Source: a virus (taxonomy: Duplodnaviria; Caudoviricetes). Taken from it: a stretch of DNA of 27,326 nucleotides. Shown piece after piece: positions 15,601 through 23,380 of this stretch. Location of the stretch: positions 1 through 27,326 of the IMG/VR virus record IMGVR_UViG_3300008453_005040; one strand, 5' to 3'. Made by a program: the position numbers and the translations under genes. The notes beneath the pieces were generated by a model that had not been told where the DNA came from, searched no databases, and worked only from the letters and a program-made list of their open reading frames with translations. Within the stretch, counting starts at the first letter, position 1; each line of letters opens with the position of its first letter.

Positions 15601-15966
15601 CTGGTTAGCCGCACCGCCGCTCGCGAATGTGTGCAGAGGCCCCCACCCAGAGAACACAAGCGGTCCATTCCAGCCGAGCCAGTTCGTGCCATTGGTACGC
15701 ATGGCGAACGCCCCAGGCTCGATCTGTCCATCGGGCGAACCGCTCACGCCACCAGCGCGCACAGTCTGAAGCGAGATCGTACTGCCGTCCGAGGTGGCGC
15801 CGCCGGCCTCCAGGGTCATCGCGGTTTCACGCCCAGCGACAGGAACACCAGGTGCCGCGCCGGCCTGCGTGTAGGTGCTGTTCGTAGCGTTGAAGCTGTT
15901 GGCGTTGATCCGCGTGTCGTGCACGAGGATCCCGCGGAGGGCGTTCACGGTTACTGCGCTTCCCAT
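12682..15966 (-). CDS. large tail protein with Asp-box (BNR) beta-propeller; distal-tail (Dit) position
   Basis: 1094 aa directly after TMP; Asp-boxes VSDDDGATW and ASADNGFSF; C-terminal region TTGRSGTRRAQVFGPSRRGVEFGW...IRIEEEV resembles Dit-type domains. Confidence 0.65.
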   Translation of the reverse strand: MGSAVTVNALRGILVHDTRINANSFNATNSTYTQAGAAPGVPVAGRETAMTLEAGGATSDGSTISLQTVRAGGVSGSPDGQIEPGAFAMRTNGTNWLGWNGPLVFSGWGPLHTFASGGAANQYGSLHAVHTSDGTLLTAAHRFTSAGITSALVILRTVGAATSTITIDTQLTALATYCPTLVPLPDGKILLLSTKAIASGQYTIRAWVSDDDGATWTKSADSVIRDELDGTLAAPRRLRAAYANGQVLMLLSFRDTSAVVADSFRQYASADNGFSFALVQAVDNTTADNEYTGGAHDIVTNALGTFLVVFCGSSNVRWGASSAVLYKVMPSAWTRWQTVPTIELDALTAPSAALTADGRLANSTELCAARDEDGTAYVFSVDFSTGQQTQVAKTTVDIFQEFVAVGVPSVTVPNVAFSAGGQEWSGGTLTAYAGTLRLVSAWDSPTWPGQVGITTFAGYATACMPWAPATEATSDRLLGSRLTWLPYWLPNSAGWTLATVGAPTVTLNAGGYLNINTGALVVNSYTQAGPALTTSHTVAAFAEWSSVSGTSQLRLSSSNGTQSYGIRVSYSGTTVSVIDAVGGGTIATTTVTAAAVIQVRAFLENDGAIGRAVVYVGTGAGAFITLRPSLRVANTAALVNGGVVAAATSVTWGNFAIGESNWYGVGWNAAASASSVYDLALPAGLPGRPFSAYPQTLDFGTTVRAISGPTTAGDTWTIEPRYTYGISNVLPAVAPSPRQPWRSTVTTQQVLVWDTEITALSLSPLRGPLGALYLGGCNFRTATLEGRSGAGVYTTIGVIDMSAEASSLRWVRNGSIVEPDTSASTSAGYFWSYGALNGTRFVPDTTAAAGQTAKRIGKSSEGSWTNQTARRIRLQLQDISGMAASGTNGAIVHNSGLLVWNNDPRYSGYRLTIQAQHTVEGYFQIGTMVLGSILAFGRRYSWGRSIDRAANVDLTTGRSGTRRAQVFGPSRRGVEFGWTDGSDVTALRSASPPDYVLAATSGGEAAATHFDAPLSVEGLVSELYGSATPVVYLPWIERKALGTMWKASHPDLMLYGRIVSDVSVETVQGEEWITGSAANGEIVRTSTIRIEEEV

Positions 15967-15969
15967 TTG

Positions 15970-17982
15970 TCAGCCCCCCTTGTGCCCGAGCCTGCGCCCA
16001 GCCTGTAACGCACGGGGCAAGGTGGCGTTCGTCTTCAGATGGTCGCGCACGAAGTAGTCAAACGCCTTGTGCTTATAGACGATCTGCACAGCGCCGCTGC
16101 CATGCCCGAGGGCGCCAGCGTTCGCCGCCTGGATCGTTTCGTCCCCGAGGGCCTTACGCCCCATGGGGTTCAGCACGGCCTCGCCGTTGCGCACAATCGC
16201 CTGCTGCTCGTCGGGTTGGCCCACGAGCCCGCCCTTGTGGAACTTGGGTTGCGTGGCCATCACAGTTGCCATCTGCACAGCGCCTGCCGCGGTAGCCGCC
16301 GCCGCCGCGATGAAGTTGAACGGAGGCGGGGAGCTAGCCAGGGCCTGGGTCGCAGCCGCTGCCGTGTTGACTGCGATCTGCGCCATCTGCAGGGCCTTCG
16401 TAAGCTCGAACTGCTTGCGCGCAGCCTCGCGCGCATCCTTCACGCGCTGGTCCGCTTGCTCGCGCTCCTGCATCGTGGCGTCCTCGCCGAGCGCGTTGCG
16501 CTCCTTGATCGCTGCCTTCACCTGTCCGTTTAGATGCTTCTGGTATGCGTCGGTGACTGTGCTGATGTTGCTAAAGAGCTTCTGGCTGTAGCTATCGACA
16601 GACTCAAAGAAGGCAGCGGCGGCGTCTAGATCGAACGTCTTCTCTTGCTCGGCCTGCAGACGCTCCAGGGCAGCGACGGCCTGATCCTTCATGGCGACGT
16701 ATCGCTGCCCCAGCTCCTCCGTAGGCGCGCGGGTGATCGCGAGCGACAGGTCAGCAATCATCGCCTCCAGTTCTGTCGCCTTGTCGAGGGCCTCCTCTGG
16801 GAACATGCCGCGGATGCGATCTGAATACTTCGCAAGCGCCTGGTCATGCTCCCCAGCGAGCTTCTTAGCGAGCGCGTCCGCCGCCGCGGTGGCCCGCTCC
16901 TGACCTTCGCTCCAATCCGCGTAAGCCTTCTCGGCATCTTGAACGGCTTGCTCTGCGTCCTTGATCGCTTTCTCAGCCGCCTTGTCGGCTTCCGCCTTTC
17001 GCTTTGCCGAAGCTGCCGCAGCCTTGTCACTCGCCGCGGCGGCATTCTTGGCCTTGACGCCTGCGACCTCCGCGGCGGTACGCTGCTCCGCGACAGCTGT
17101 CCCCTGCTCAGTTGCAGCGGCGGCGTTCCTCTGTGCCTCCGCGAGCTTGCCTGTAAATCCAACAGCTTGTGCTCCGACCTCGACAAGGTCTTTTAGCGTA
17201 GGAACATTGGCGCCCGTTAGCTTGTTGAAAGCATCAATGATTGGCATTAGCACGTTCAACCGATCAGCCCAATCACCGAGCACATTGACGATCGCTCGGT
17301 TGCGGATCTCGGTCTTCTCTGTCGCGCCCACCTCCGCATCGAGCTTGGACAAGTAATTGCCGAGGTCAGACGCCACCTGCCGTCGCGCGATAGCCTCGTC
17401 ATAGGCGGCCTGCGTGATCTTGCCAGAGGCGAGCGCGGCCTCAAGCGCGGCCTCCTTGGTGAGCTGCAGCTGTTGAGTAACGAATTCGTTAGCGACCTTG
17501 GCCACGCGAGCGGCCTCTGCCTGACGCTCCATGTCGGCGTTCATCACAGCGAAGGCAGCGGCGGCGGCTACCGCGGCTACGGCTACGGCACCGAGCACAG
17601 GCCCCGACAGCCCAGCGAGCGATCCCGCCGCCACCTCCCCAACGTCGGCAACATCGGAAAGGCCACGCGCGGCATTTCCTAGCGCGGGGCTCACCATGTC
17701 CAGGGCGCCCGAGAGCTTGGCGCTATTACTGCCTGCCTTGCCGAACTTGTTACCCATGTCGCCGACAGCCGAGCCAGCCTTTGCGGCGCTCTCGCGTGCG
17801 GCATCCATCGCCTTCTTAGACGCCTCGCCCGCCTGTTTCGCTGCCCGCTCAGAAGCCTTGAAACCCTTGTTGAGCTCCGACGCCATGGCACGGGCTTGCT
17901 CGGCAGTAATGCCGGGGATGCTCTCCAGCTTCTTACGAAGGCCGCTGATGTCTGCTTCTACGTTCCATTCTACGGTAGGCAT
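15970..17982 (-). CDS. tape measure protein
   Basis: 670 aa Ala-rich helical; N-terminal VEADISGL, C-terminal PKFHKGGLVG...E...AIVRNGEAVL motif; tail-module position. Confidence 0.93.
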   Translation of the reverse strand: MPTVEWNVEADISGLRKKLESIPGITAEQARAMASELNKGFKASERAAKQAGEASKKAMDAARESAAKAGSAVGDMGNKFGKAGSNSAKLSGALDMVSPALGNAARGLSDVADVGEVAAGSLAGLSGPVLGAVAVAAVAAAAAFAVMNADMERQAEAARVAKVANEFVTQQLQLTKEAALEAALASGKITQAAYDEAIARRQVASDLGNYLSKLDAEVGATEKTEIRNRAIVNVLGDWADRLNVLMPIIDAFNKLTGANVPTLKDLVEVGAQAVGFTGKLAEAQRNAAAATEQGTAVAEQRTAAEVAGVKAKNAAAASDKAAAASAKRKAEADKAAEKAIKDAEQAVQDAEKAYADWSEGQERATAAADALAKKLAGEHDQALAKYSDRIRGMFPEEALDKATELEAMIADLSLAITRAPTEELGQRYVAMKDQAVAALERLQAEQEKTFDLDAAAAFFESVDSYSQKLFSNISTVTDAYQKHLNGQVKAAIKERNALGEDATMQEREQADQRVKDAREAARKQFELTKALQMAQIAVNTAAAATQALASSPPPFNFIAAAAATAAGAVQMATVMATQPKFHKGGLVGQPDEQQAIVRNGEAVLNPMGRKALGDETIQAANAGALGHGSGAVQIVYKHKAFDYFVRDHLKTNATLPRALQAGRRLGHKGG

Positions 17983-17991
17983 CGCTCCCCC

Positions 17992-18567
17992 TTACGCGGA
18001 TAGCCGGCGGGCTACCGCTTGCATCGCCTTCTCAAGTTCAGGAATCCGCTCGTTCGCTAGGCGCTTACCATAGTCATTGACGAGCACCTTCCAGAGGTTC
18101 TTAGCGTCCCGCGGCGCGGACCCAGGTGGATCGATCTTGAACACGCCCACAGCGCGGCGCGTGCGCGTAAATCGCTGCACCGTGTAGCCGGCAGGGATTT
18201 GGCCCGTTGCGCGGTAAGTACTCATGACGTGAGAGAATTCATCATCGGTCACGCGCTGCCCCAAGCGTGAGAAAGGGCCTGCGCGGCGCACGTAGTACGT
18301 AGACTTCTCGTGGCTGAAGACGACTCCGCGGAGCTTGTCAGGCCCAAGGCGAAGCTCGTAATCGATACCGCCGCCCGTCTTACCCGTGCGCTCGATGACA
18401 TTCTTGTACCACTCTGCTCGCGCGTGGTCTGTCACGTCAGCGGTAACGCCCTCGACGGCACGCTTGATCTCGACGTAGGTAGTCGAAATCATGTTGTCTA
18501 GTGCGCGCTCCAGCTCCGGCCCGATGGACACCGAAGCGCGCCCGACTGTGATCTTCTTACCCGCCAC
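17992..18567 (-). CDS. HK97 gp10-like tail completion/neck protein
   Basis: helix...ARAEW...ERTGKTGGGI...STYYVRR...C-terminal amphipathic helix, pattern like gp10 (PVxTGxL..SI...YAxYVE). Confidence 0.55.
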   Translation of the reverse strand: MAGKKITVGRASVSIGPELERALDNMISTTYVEIKRAVEGVTADVTDHARAEWYKNVIERTGKTGGGIDYELRLGPDKLRGVVFSHEKSTYYVRRAGPFSRLGQRVTDDEFSHVMSTYRATGQIPAGYTVQRFTRTRRAVGVFKIDPPGSAPRDAKNLWKVLVNDYGKRLANERIPELEKAMQAVARRLSA

Positions 18568-19104
18568 CCAGCCCCCAGAAGGCCCGCGCCTCTGGAGCTA
18601 TCCTATCACCTTCGCGCGGGCGGGGTTGCTTGCCTGTGGCCTTGGCCGGCGGCGTGTGCTTCACGCGCCACCAAGCCAGGACGCGCTCCTGGGCCTCCAG
18701 GGGCCAGCGATAGAACGCTTCCGGGTCGCCGCAGTAGGTAAGCCCTATCTCCAGGGCGAGGGCGTCTAGGGCTCCCCCTGCCCCGCGGTAAAACCCTCAA
18801 GCTCTGTGACCTCCGCTTCCCGCGGCACGTCCACGATAAGCTCCAGGGCCTTCTGCGCAGCGCCGTAGATCTCGACCTCCGGCATGCCGAGCCCGATCAG
18901 CTCGTCCAGCGTGTCGGCGCCCACGTCGAGCGCGTGGCCTCGCTTCCACTTGGTACGGAGTGGCTTCCCAGCCCAGCACGCATTCAGAGCGGCGCACAGC
19001 CCCAGGAGCGGGCTCTGCCCAACAGCCATGCGGCATTCGGTGATCGTAGCGAAGGACGCCGGCTTGACGAGCGGCGCCGTGAACTTCCCGAGCTTGATTT
19101 CCAT
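18557..19104 (-). CDS. frameshift-extended chaperone (gpGT-like, ~182 aa) via -1 shift at GGGTTTT 18796-18790
   Basis: -1 frame open for 77 codons (YRGAGGALDALALEIGLTYCGDPEAFYRWPLEAQERVLAWWR...FWGLGGG*), filling the gap to the next gene. Confidence 0.8.
18766..19104 (-). CDS. tail assembly chaperone (gpG-like), 112 aa
   Basis: follows tail tube; start ATG 19104 with AGGAGG RBS; slippery G GGT TTT near 3' end. Confidence 0.8.
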   Translation of the reverse strand: MEIKLGKFTAPLVKPASFATITECRMAVGQSPLLGLCAALNACWAGKPLRTKWKRGHALDVGADTLDELIGLGMPEVEIYGAAQKALELIVDVPREAEVTELEGFTAGQGEP

Positions 19105-19119
19105 TCCTTCCTCCTGACG

Positions 19120-19180
19120 TGAAACGCCCCTCGCACCATGTAGCACGAGGGGCGCTTGAACCTGTAAGCGATGCTTACAC
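19120..19180 (-). terminator. stem-loops after major tail gene
   Basis: CGCCCCTCG 19125-19133 / CGAGGGGCG 19146-19154 followed by TTTC on -; second hairpin TGTAAGC 19163-19169 / GCTTACA 19173-19179. Confidence 0.65.
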
Positions 19181-19187
19181 GTTGCCG

Positions 19188-19682
19188 TCAGGTCGCGGTG
19201 ATGGTGCCGTAGACCGTGCCGTTGATCGTGAAGCTGTTGGGGTCGCCCTCAGCGAAGTCAATCGACATGTGGCAGCCGTTCAGCACGAGGACGTGATCGG
19301 CGGTATCGCCGAAGTTGGTTCCCTCGATCGTGAGCGTGACCTTGAGGCCGTAAACGTCCGAGCCGGCGATCGTGCTCAGCGCGGCAGCCCAAGCGCCATC
19401 CTTATTGATGGCATTCCAGAGGAGCTTGTCCGTAGCATCGGACAGGTCAGCCATATGTGCGGAGAAGCTGAACGTGGGAAAGCTGCGATTCGTGAGCCTC
19501 ACAGACCCCAGATCGCCGCGGTCGAGGTAGGTCGTCGCCTCGGTGTTGCCCTGGTTCAAACCGGAAATGCTGAAGTCGCCAGCCTCCAGCGCAACCGTGA
19601 GCGTGATCGGCGTGGGCGTGGTGCCATCGTCGAGCTTGATGGTCCCATCGCGGAAGTTCTTAATGACGGTCGAAGCGGCCAT
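19188..19682 (-). CDS. major tail (tube) protein
   Basis: 164 aa T/G/D-rich beta protein between terminator-like gene and chaperone, followed by a hairpin; no sheath gene present. Confidence 0.8.
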   Translation of the reverse strand: MAASTVIKNFRDGTIKLDDGTTPTPITLTVALEAGDFSISGLNQGNTEATTYLDRGDLGSVRLTNRSFPTFSFSAHMADLSDATDKLLWNAINKDGAWAAALSTIAGSDVYGLKVTLTIEGTNFGDTADHVLVLNGCHMSIDFAEGDPNSFTINGTVYGTITAT

Positions 19683-19691
19683 GTTTCCCCC

Positions 19692-20138
19692 TTACTGAAG
19701 CGGCAGAGTGTGAACGATGCGGAAGGTTAGCATACCCACGACCCACTCTCCGATCGTGCTTGTCTCGCGGGTCGTGCTGAGTAGCTGAACCTTGTAGCTA
19801 GCCGGCCATGTGGCGTCGTAGGCCATGAGGCAATTCACGATCGCCTGCTCGCCGTCTAGTGCGTCGTCGTAGCTATCGCTCATGCCCTTGGGTGCGAGGC
19901 GCCACGAATAGCGAACCTCCAGCGTGGTCTCGACGAGGAGGCCTTCGGCAGGACGCCCGCGGTAGGCGCGCAGGTCATCCGTCGTCGTCGGGTGCACGGC
20001 ATAAGCCCTGTGCGCGATGCTATCCGCGTCCCGCCCGAAGTTATCCGGCGCTACGCGCGACTCCTTCCATGGGCCGGGGAGCGAAGCGATACGCGCGCTC
20101 ACATCCTCGCGCAGCTGCCGAACCGTGCGCGAGGCCAT
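19692..20138 (-). CDS. tail terminator-like protein
   Basis: 148 aa from ATG 20138 (TAATG overlap); helix-strand pattern and position immediately before tube gene. Confidence 0.6.
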   Translation of the reverse strand: MASRTVRQLREDVSARIASLPGPWKESRVAPDNFGRDADSIAHRAYAVHPTTTDDLRAYRGRPAEGLLVETTLEVRYSWRLAPKGMSDSYDDALDGEQAIVNCLMAYDATWPASYKVQLLSTTRETSTIGEWVVGMLTFRIVHTLPLQ

Positions 20139-20902
20139 TACCACCACCTCGGATAGTAGCCGAGCGCCTGCCCGCGGCCATTGGTCCACACCTGACTAGC
20201 GGCGCTCTTCTTCGTGGAGGTGTCCACCTTATTCTCGTCGCTTTCGTCGTAGGTGAAGCGGAGCTGTGCCCACGCCTCGGTATAGGCCCGCCCGTAATGC
20301 TCAGCGAGGGCCTGCCATCGCCCGCCATCCCCGGCGCTGGTTTGAAAATCCAGGAAGATTAGCTGGAGGCTGAGGCACAGATGCGCGTCACGCAGCGCAC
20401 TTGGCTGGATCACGAGGTAGGGCCGGCGTCCGTTGGACGTGATGCGATTGACAATCGTCGCCCATGCTTCGTCCAAGTAGTCTTGGTAACTGGTCGTGCC
20501 AGCTGCCAGGAGCTGGTTCAAATCGCTGTGCCGGCGCAGCAAGTCCGCGTCCGCAACGACCGGATAGAGGGTTCTGCGGCAGAGAGCGGCATCGTTCCTA
20601 AACAAATTCTGGACCGTCGCCGTCATCTGTAGCGTCCACTCCACCAGCCAACCGTCCTCCAGCTGAAGGCTCGTGGTAGCCGCTCCGGCCAGCGCGTAGC
20701 TGGCCACGCTTCCGGTAATGGTGACAGGCGCCGCATTGATCAGCGCCGTCTGATCCGCCTTGTAGATGCTGACGGTACCGGAGAGCGGCGCCACGAGCGC
20801 GCCGGCCCGGTAGATGGGGCAGGTAAGCACCTGATTACGCCCACGCTCGATCTCCTCTCCGGAGCGGAAGCGTGCCGTATAGAGCGTTTCAGAAATGCTC
20901 AT
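20138..20902 (-). CDS. head-tail adaptor with extra N-terminal beta domain
   Basis: C-terminal helical part (YLDEAWATIVNRI...LRDAHLCLSL...YGRAYTEAW) like adaptor proteins; N-terminal ~105 aa beta-rich. Confidence 0.6.
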   Translation of the reverse strand: MSISETLYTARFRSGEEIERGRNQVLTCPIYRAGALVAPLSGTVSIYKADQTALINAAPVTITGSVASYALAGAATTSLQLEDGWLVEWTLQMTATVQNLFRNDAALCRRTLYPVVADADLLRRHSDLNQLLAAGTTSYQDYLDEAWATIVNRITSNGRRPYLVIQPSALRDAHLCLSLQLIFLDFQTSAGDGGRWQALAEHYGRAYTEAWAQLRFTYDESDENKVDTSTKKSAASQVWTNGRGQALGYYPRWW

Positions 20903-20914
20903 CCTGCCCCCCTG

Positions 20915-21061
20915 TCACCGCTTATCGCGTTCGCGCCTGTCTGCCTTAACGGCCTCATTTTGCGCGATTTGACGCGCCTTGTCCTTCGGCATTCCGCCAT
21001 CCACGAGGCGCTTAGTCATGCGCTCCATTGCCTCGCGGTGCTTCTGCATTTCGCCGCTCAC
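20915..21061 (-). CDS. 48-aa basic helical hypothetical protein (absent from ORF track)
   Basis: GTG overlaps upstream stop (GTGA); MSGEMQKHREAMERMTKRLVDGGMPKDKARQIAQNEAVKADRRERDKR*; fills the gap. Confidence 0.65.
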   Translation of the reverse strand: MSGEMQKHREAMERMTKRLVDGGMPKDKARQIAQNEAVKADRRERDKR

Positions 21062-21693
21062 TTGCGCCCTCGCTTCGGAGCCACAGGCTCCGCGGAGAAG
21101 AGCTTGTCCTTAGCGGCCTGCATGGTGGCCAGCTTGGCTTCCTCGTGGGGAAGGACTAGGGCGCTAGCCGGATGCGTCGGCGCCGAGCTGCGGAGCGTTT
21201 CCACATGCCCCGCCTGCCGCTCGATGATCACGTCGATGAAGGCGGGGTCAGGCAAGCTGACGTGGCCCTCATTCACGAGGCGACGGCAGAAGTCCCAGTA
21301 GCCGGACTCGTCACTCCTGACGCGCACCTGGCCTGCCATCATCTGCGGGGTTTCCCACTTGCTCAGATGCACCTTCCCGTTCGTGCCGTCCCAAGCGATG
21401 CAGTAGCCGCCGGCCTCGACTTCCCAGGGAATGATCGTCCAGCCCTGCTTCCGCTTCGCGACCTCGGCAAGGTCGGTATTCCCGTCCTTGTCCACGCGGT
21501 TGATCCCAGGCTCAGCGGAGAGCTTGCCGAGCGAGGGGAGCCACTCGTCGCCCACGAGCAGCCAACGCGCGGGGTGATGCATGTACCACCATGGGCCGCT
21601 AGCCGGCATCGGCAGAAGGTCACGCATTGCCGCGGGGCGCGAGGCCGACTGCCCGCTGAAGTTACCGCCACCCGTTCCGAAAGTTGCCGCCAT
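21058..21693 (-). CDS. hypothetical protein downstream of major capsid
   Basis: 211 aa from ATG 21693 with AGGAGG RBS; Trp-rich, basic C-terminus. Confidence 0.75.
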   Translation of the reverse strand: MAATFGTGGGNFSGQSASRPAAMRDLLPMPASGPWWYMHHPARWLLVGDEWLPSLGKLSAEPGINRVDKDGNTDLAEVAKRKQGWTIIPWEVEAGGYCIAWDGTNGKVHLSKWETPQMMAGQVRVRSDESGYWDFCRRLVNEGHVSLPDPAFIDVIIERQAGHVETLRSSAPTHPASALVLPHEEAKLATMQAAKDKLFSAEPVAPKRGRK

Positions 21694-21711
21694 TCCTTCC
21701 TCCTGACGCAA

Positions 21712-21746
21712 TAGCGCCGGGTGACCTTTAAGCCACCCGGCGCCAT
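21712..21746 (-). terminator. stem-loop after major capsid gene
   Basis: GCGCCGGGTG 21714-21723 / CACCCGGCGC 21734-21743; poor U-tail (TATT). Confidence 0.6.
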
Positions 21747-21765
21747 TTACGCAAACGTCAGAGAC

Positions 21766-22698
21766 TTAGAAGTCGCTGATGATCTGCACAGCGCGCGCGT
21801 CCTCGATCTCGGCAACGCCCACGTAGTAGGAGCCCACGATCTTCGTGAGAGCCGCAGAAGCGTCACGCTCCAGCTCGACGACGATGGGGGTTCCGGCGGG
21901 GAGGATGAGCCCGCCCGCGCCCTGAACCGGGGACGGCGTGCCATCGGCGTAGCCGGCAAAGCCTCGGCTGAACATCATGCCGGCGTAGTCCGCGCCAGCG
22001 TTGGCGGTCGGGATCTTCGTGGAGCTGAAGAGGTCAACACCAAAGAGCGAGCCGCGGTAACCCGGACCCTTGGCCTGCACCTGCTCGCCACTAGCGGCGA
22101 GGTACTGACCAGGGCCGGCTTCGCTGCGAAGGCTGTTCATGAGGTCGTTCACCTGCTGCGGGTGAAGCACGGCCATAAACACGGGGTCGTTGGCGGTGAG
22201 CTGCAGCGCGTAGATCGCGCTGTAGAAGGTCGCCACGGAGAGGTCCGTGCCCGTGGAACCCACGGAGGTAGAGATGCTCGAGGCGAGGCCACAGATCATC
22301 GACGTAAAGCGCATCTCGGCGCCGGTCACAATGGACTCGGCGAGGCCCTCAATGCCAACGCCACCACCGCCCGCGAGGGGGTTGGTGAGCTTGGCAAGGT
22401 CGGTAAGGTCGTAGCGCAGCGCCTGACGGGCGATCGTGATCGTCGCCGCGGAAGCGGTGATCGAGGTGTTGGCGACCGTCGCACCGTCAGCAACGGAGGC
22501 CATCACGTCCGTACCGGCGAGGCCGACGACAGGCACCTGGAGGGCGGTAGAGCCCGAGCCAGCGAGCGTCCCGAAGTAGGCGATCGCGGGGTGGCGCCAA
22601 AGGCTGGCCTTGTCGGCGAGCTTGGCCTGGATGGTCTGATGAAGAACGGCGGAGATACGAGCGTTGCCGCTAAGAGCGGCAAAATCGATATTGGCCAT
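21766..22698 (-). CDS. major capsid protein (HK97 fold)
   Basis: 310 aa after scaffold; GSGSTALQVP, MAVLHPQQVNDL, GSLFGVDLF, ELERDA...YYVGVAEI patterns; GGGAGG RBS; followed by hairpin. Confidence 0.88.
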   Translation of the reverse strand: MANIDFAALSGNARISAVLHQTIQAKLADKASLWRHPAIAYFGTLAGSGSTALQVPVVGLAGTDVMASVADGATVANTSITASAATITIARQALRYDLTDLAKLTNPLAGGGGVGIEGLAESIVTGAEMRFTSMICGLASSISTSVGSTGTDLSVATFYSAIYALQLTANDPVFMAVLHPQQVNDLMNSLRSEAGPGQYLAASGEQVQAKGPGYRGSLFGVDLFSSTKIPTANAGADYAGMMFSRGFAGYADGTPSPVQGAGGLILPAGTPIVVELERDASAALTKIVGSYYVGVAEIEDARAVQIISDF

Positions 22699-22820
22699 GA
22701 TGGCCTCCCTGAAGGGTTCGAGGTTTGCCGCGCCTGTCGCTTTTTACGGGAGCTTGCCCCGAGCGCGTGAGGGTGTAACCCCTCACGGCTAGGGTATGCT
22801 CGCTTGCGTCAACGTGTCAA
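22699..22820 (-). promoter_or_regulatory. putative capsid promoter and structured 5' leader
   Basis: TTGACA 22820-22815, 18 nt, TACCCT 22796-22791; hairpin CGTGAGGG 22766-22773 / CCCTCACG 22780-22787; bulged stem 22738-22765. Confidence 0.5.
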
Positions 22821-23380
22821 GGCGTCAGGATGCTAGCCATGATGGCGTCACGGTTGGCCTTGAATTCAGCCGGCGTCAGCTTCGAGATCGCTTCCGCGCT
22901 CCAGGCGGTAGGCGCCGGCTGGCTGGCCGTGACGGCCCCGGTGTTGCTCCTCGGCATGGGCGTCGGCGCAGGCGTCGGCGCAGGCGTCGAGGAAGGCCCC
23001 TGGGAAGCCCCAGGAGCCACGGACGCGGGCTCGGCTAGGTACGCCTTCACCGCACGAGGCAGCGCGTCCCTATTGCCCAGCCATTCGGCCAGCGGGGGAC
23101 GCCCCTCTGCGGGCAGCTTCGAGTATGCATGCTGCACGTACTCGATGCCCTCGGCATCCGTGACACCAGCCGCGAGGATGTCGCGCTCCAGGCGTGCGGC
23201 CTCGCGCTCTGACTTGTACGTACTCTGCGCTTCCTCGTACTTCTGCTTCCACTTGTCGGCGCCGGTTGCAAGCTCTCGCGCCTCTGCAAGCTGCGCCTCC
23301 AACTGCTTCTTCTCAGCAACGAGCGCGCGGATACGCGCCTCTGCCCCGCTGGTTTCCGTGTTGCTGTTTCCTTCTTCCAT
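22817..23380 (-). CDS. capsid scaffolding protein
   Basis: 187 aa from ATG 23380 (GAGGAGG RBS, TGATG overlap); coiled coil, Pro-rich linker, C-terminal ISKLTPAEFKANRDAI helix pair typical of scaffolds. Confidence 0.82.
   Translation of the reverse strand: MEEGNSNTETSGAEARIRALVAEKKQLEAQLAEARELATGADKWKQKYEEAQSTYKSEREAARLERDILAAGVTDAEGIEYVQHAYSKLPAEGRPPLAEWLGNRDALPRAVKAYLAEPASVAPGASQGPSSTPAPTPAPTPMPRSNTGAVTASQPAPTAWSAEAISKLTPAEFKANRDAIMASILTP

Noticed and set aside
22959-22989. 12-bp tandem repeat GGCGTCGGCGCA
   Set aside because: In-frame repeat encoding the TPAP linker of the scaffold; ordinary low-complexity coding
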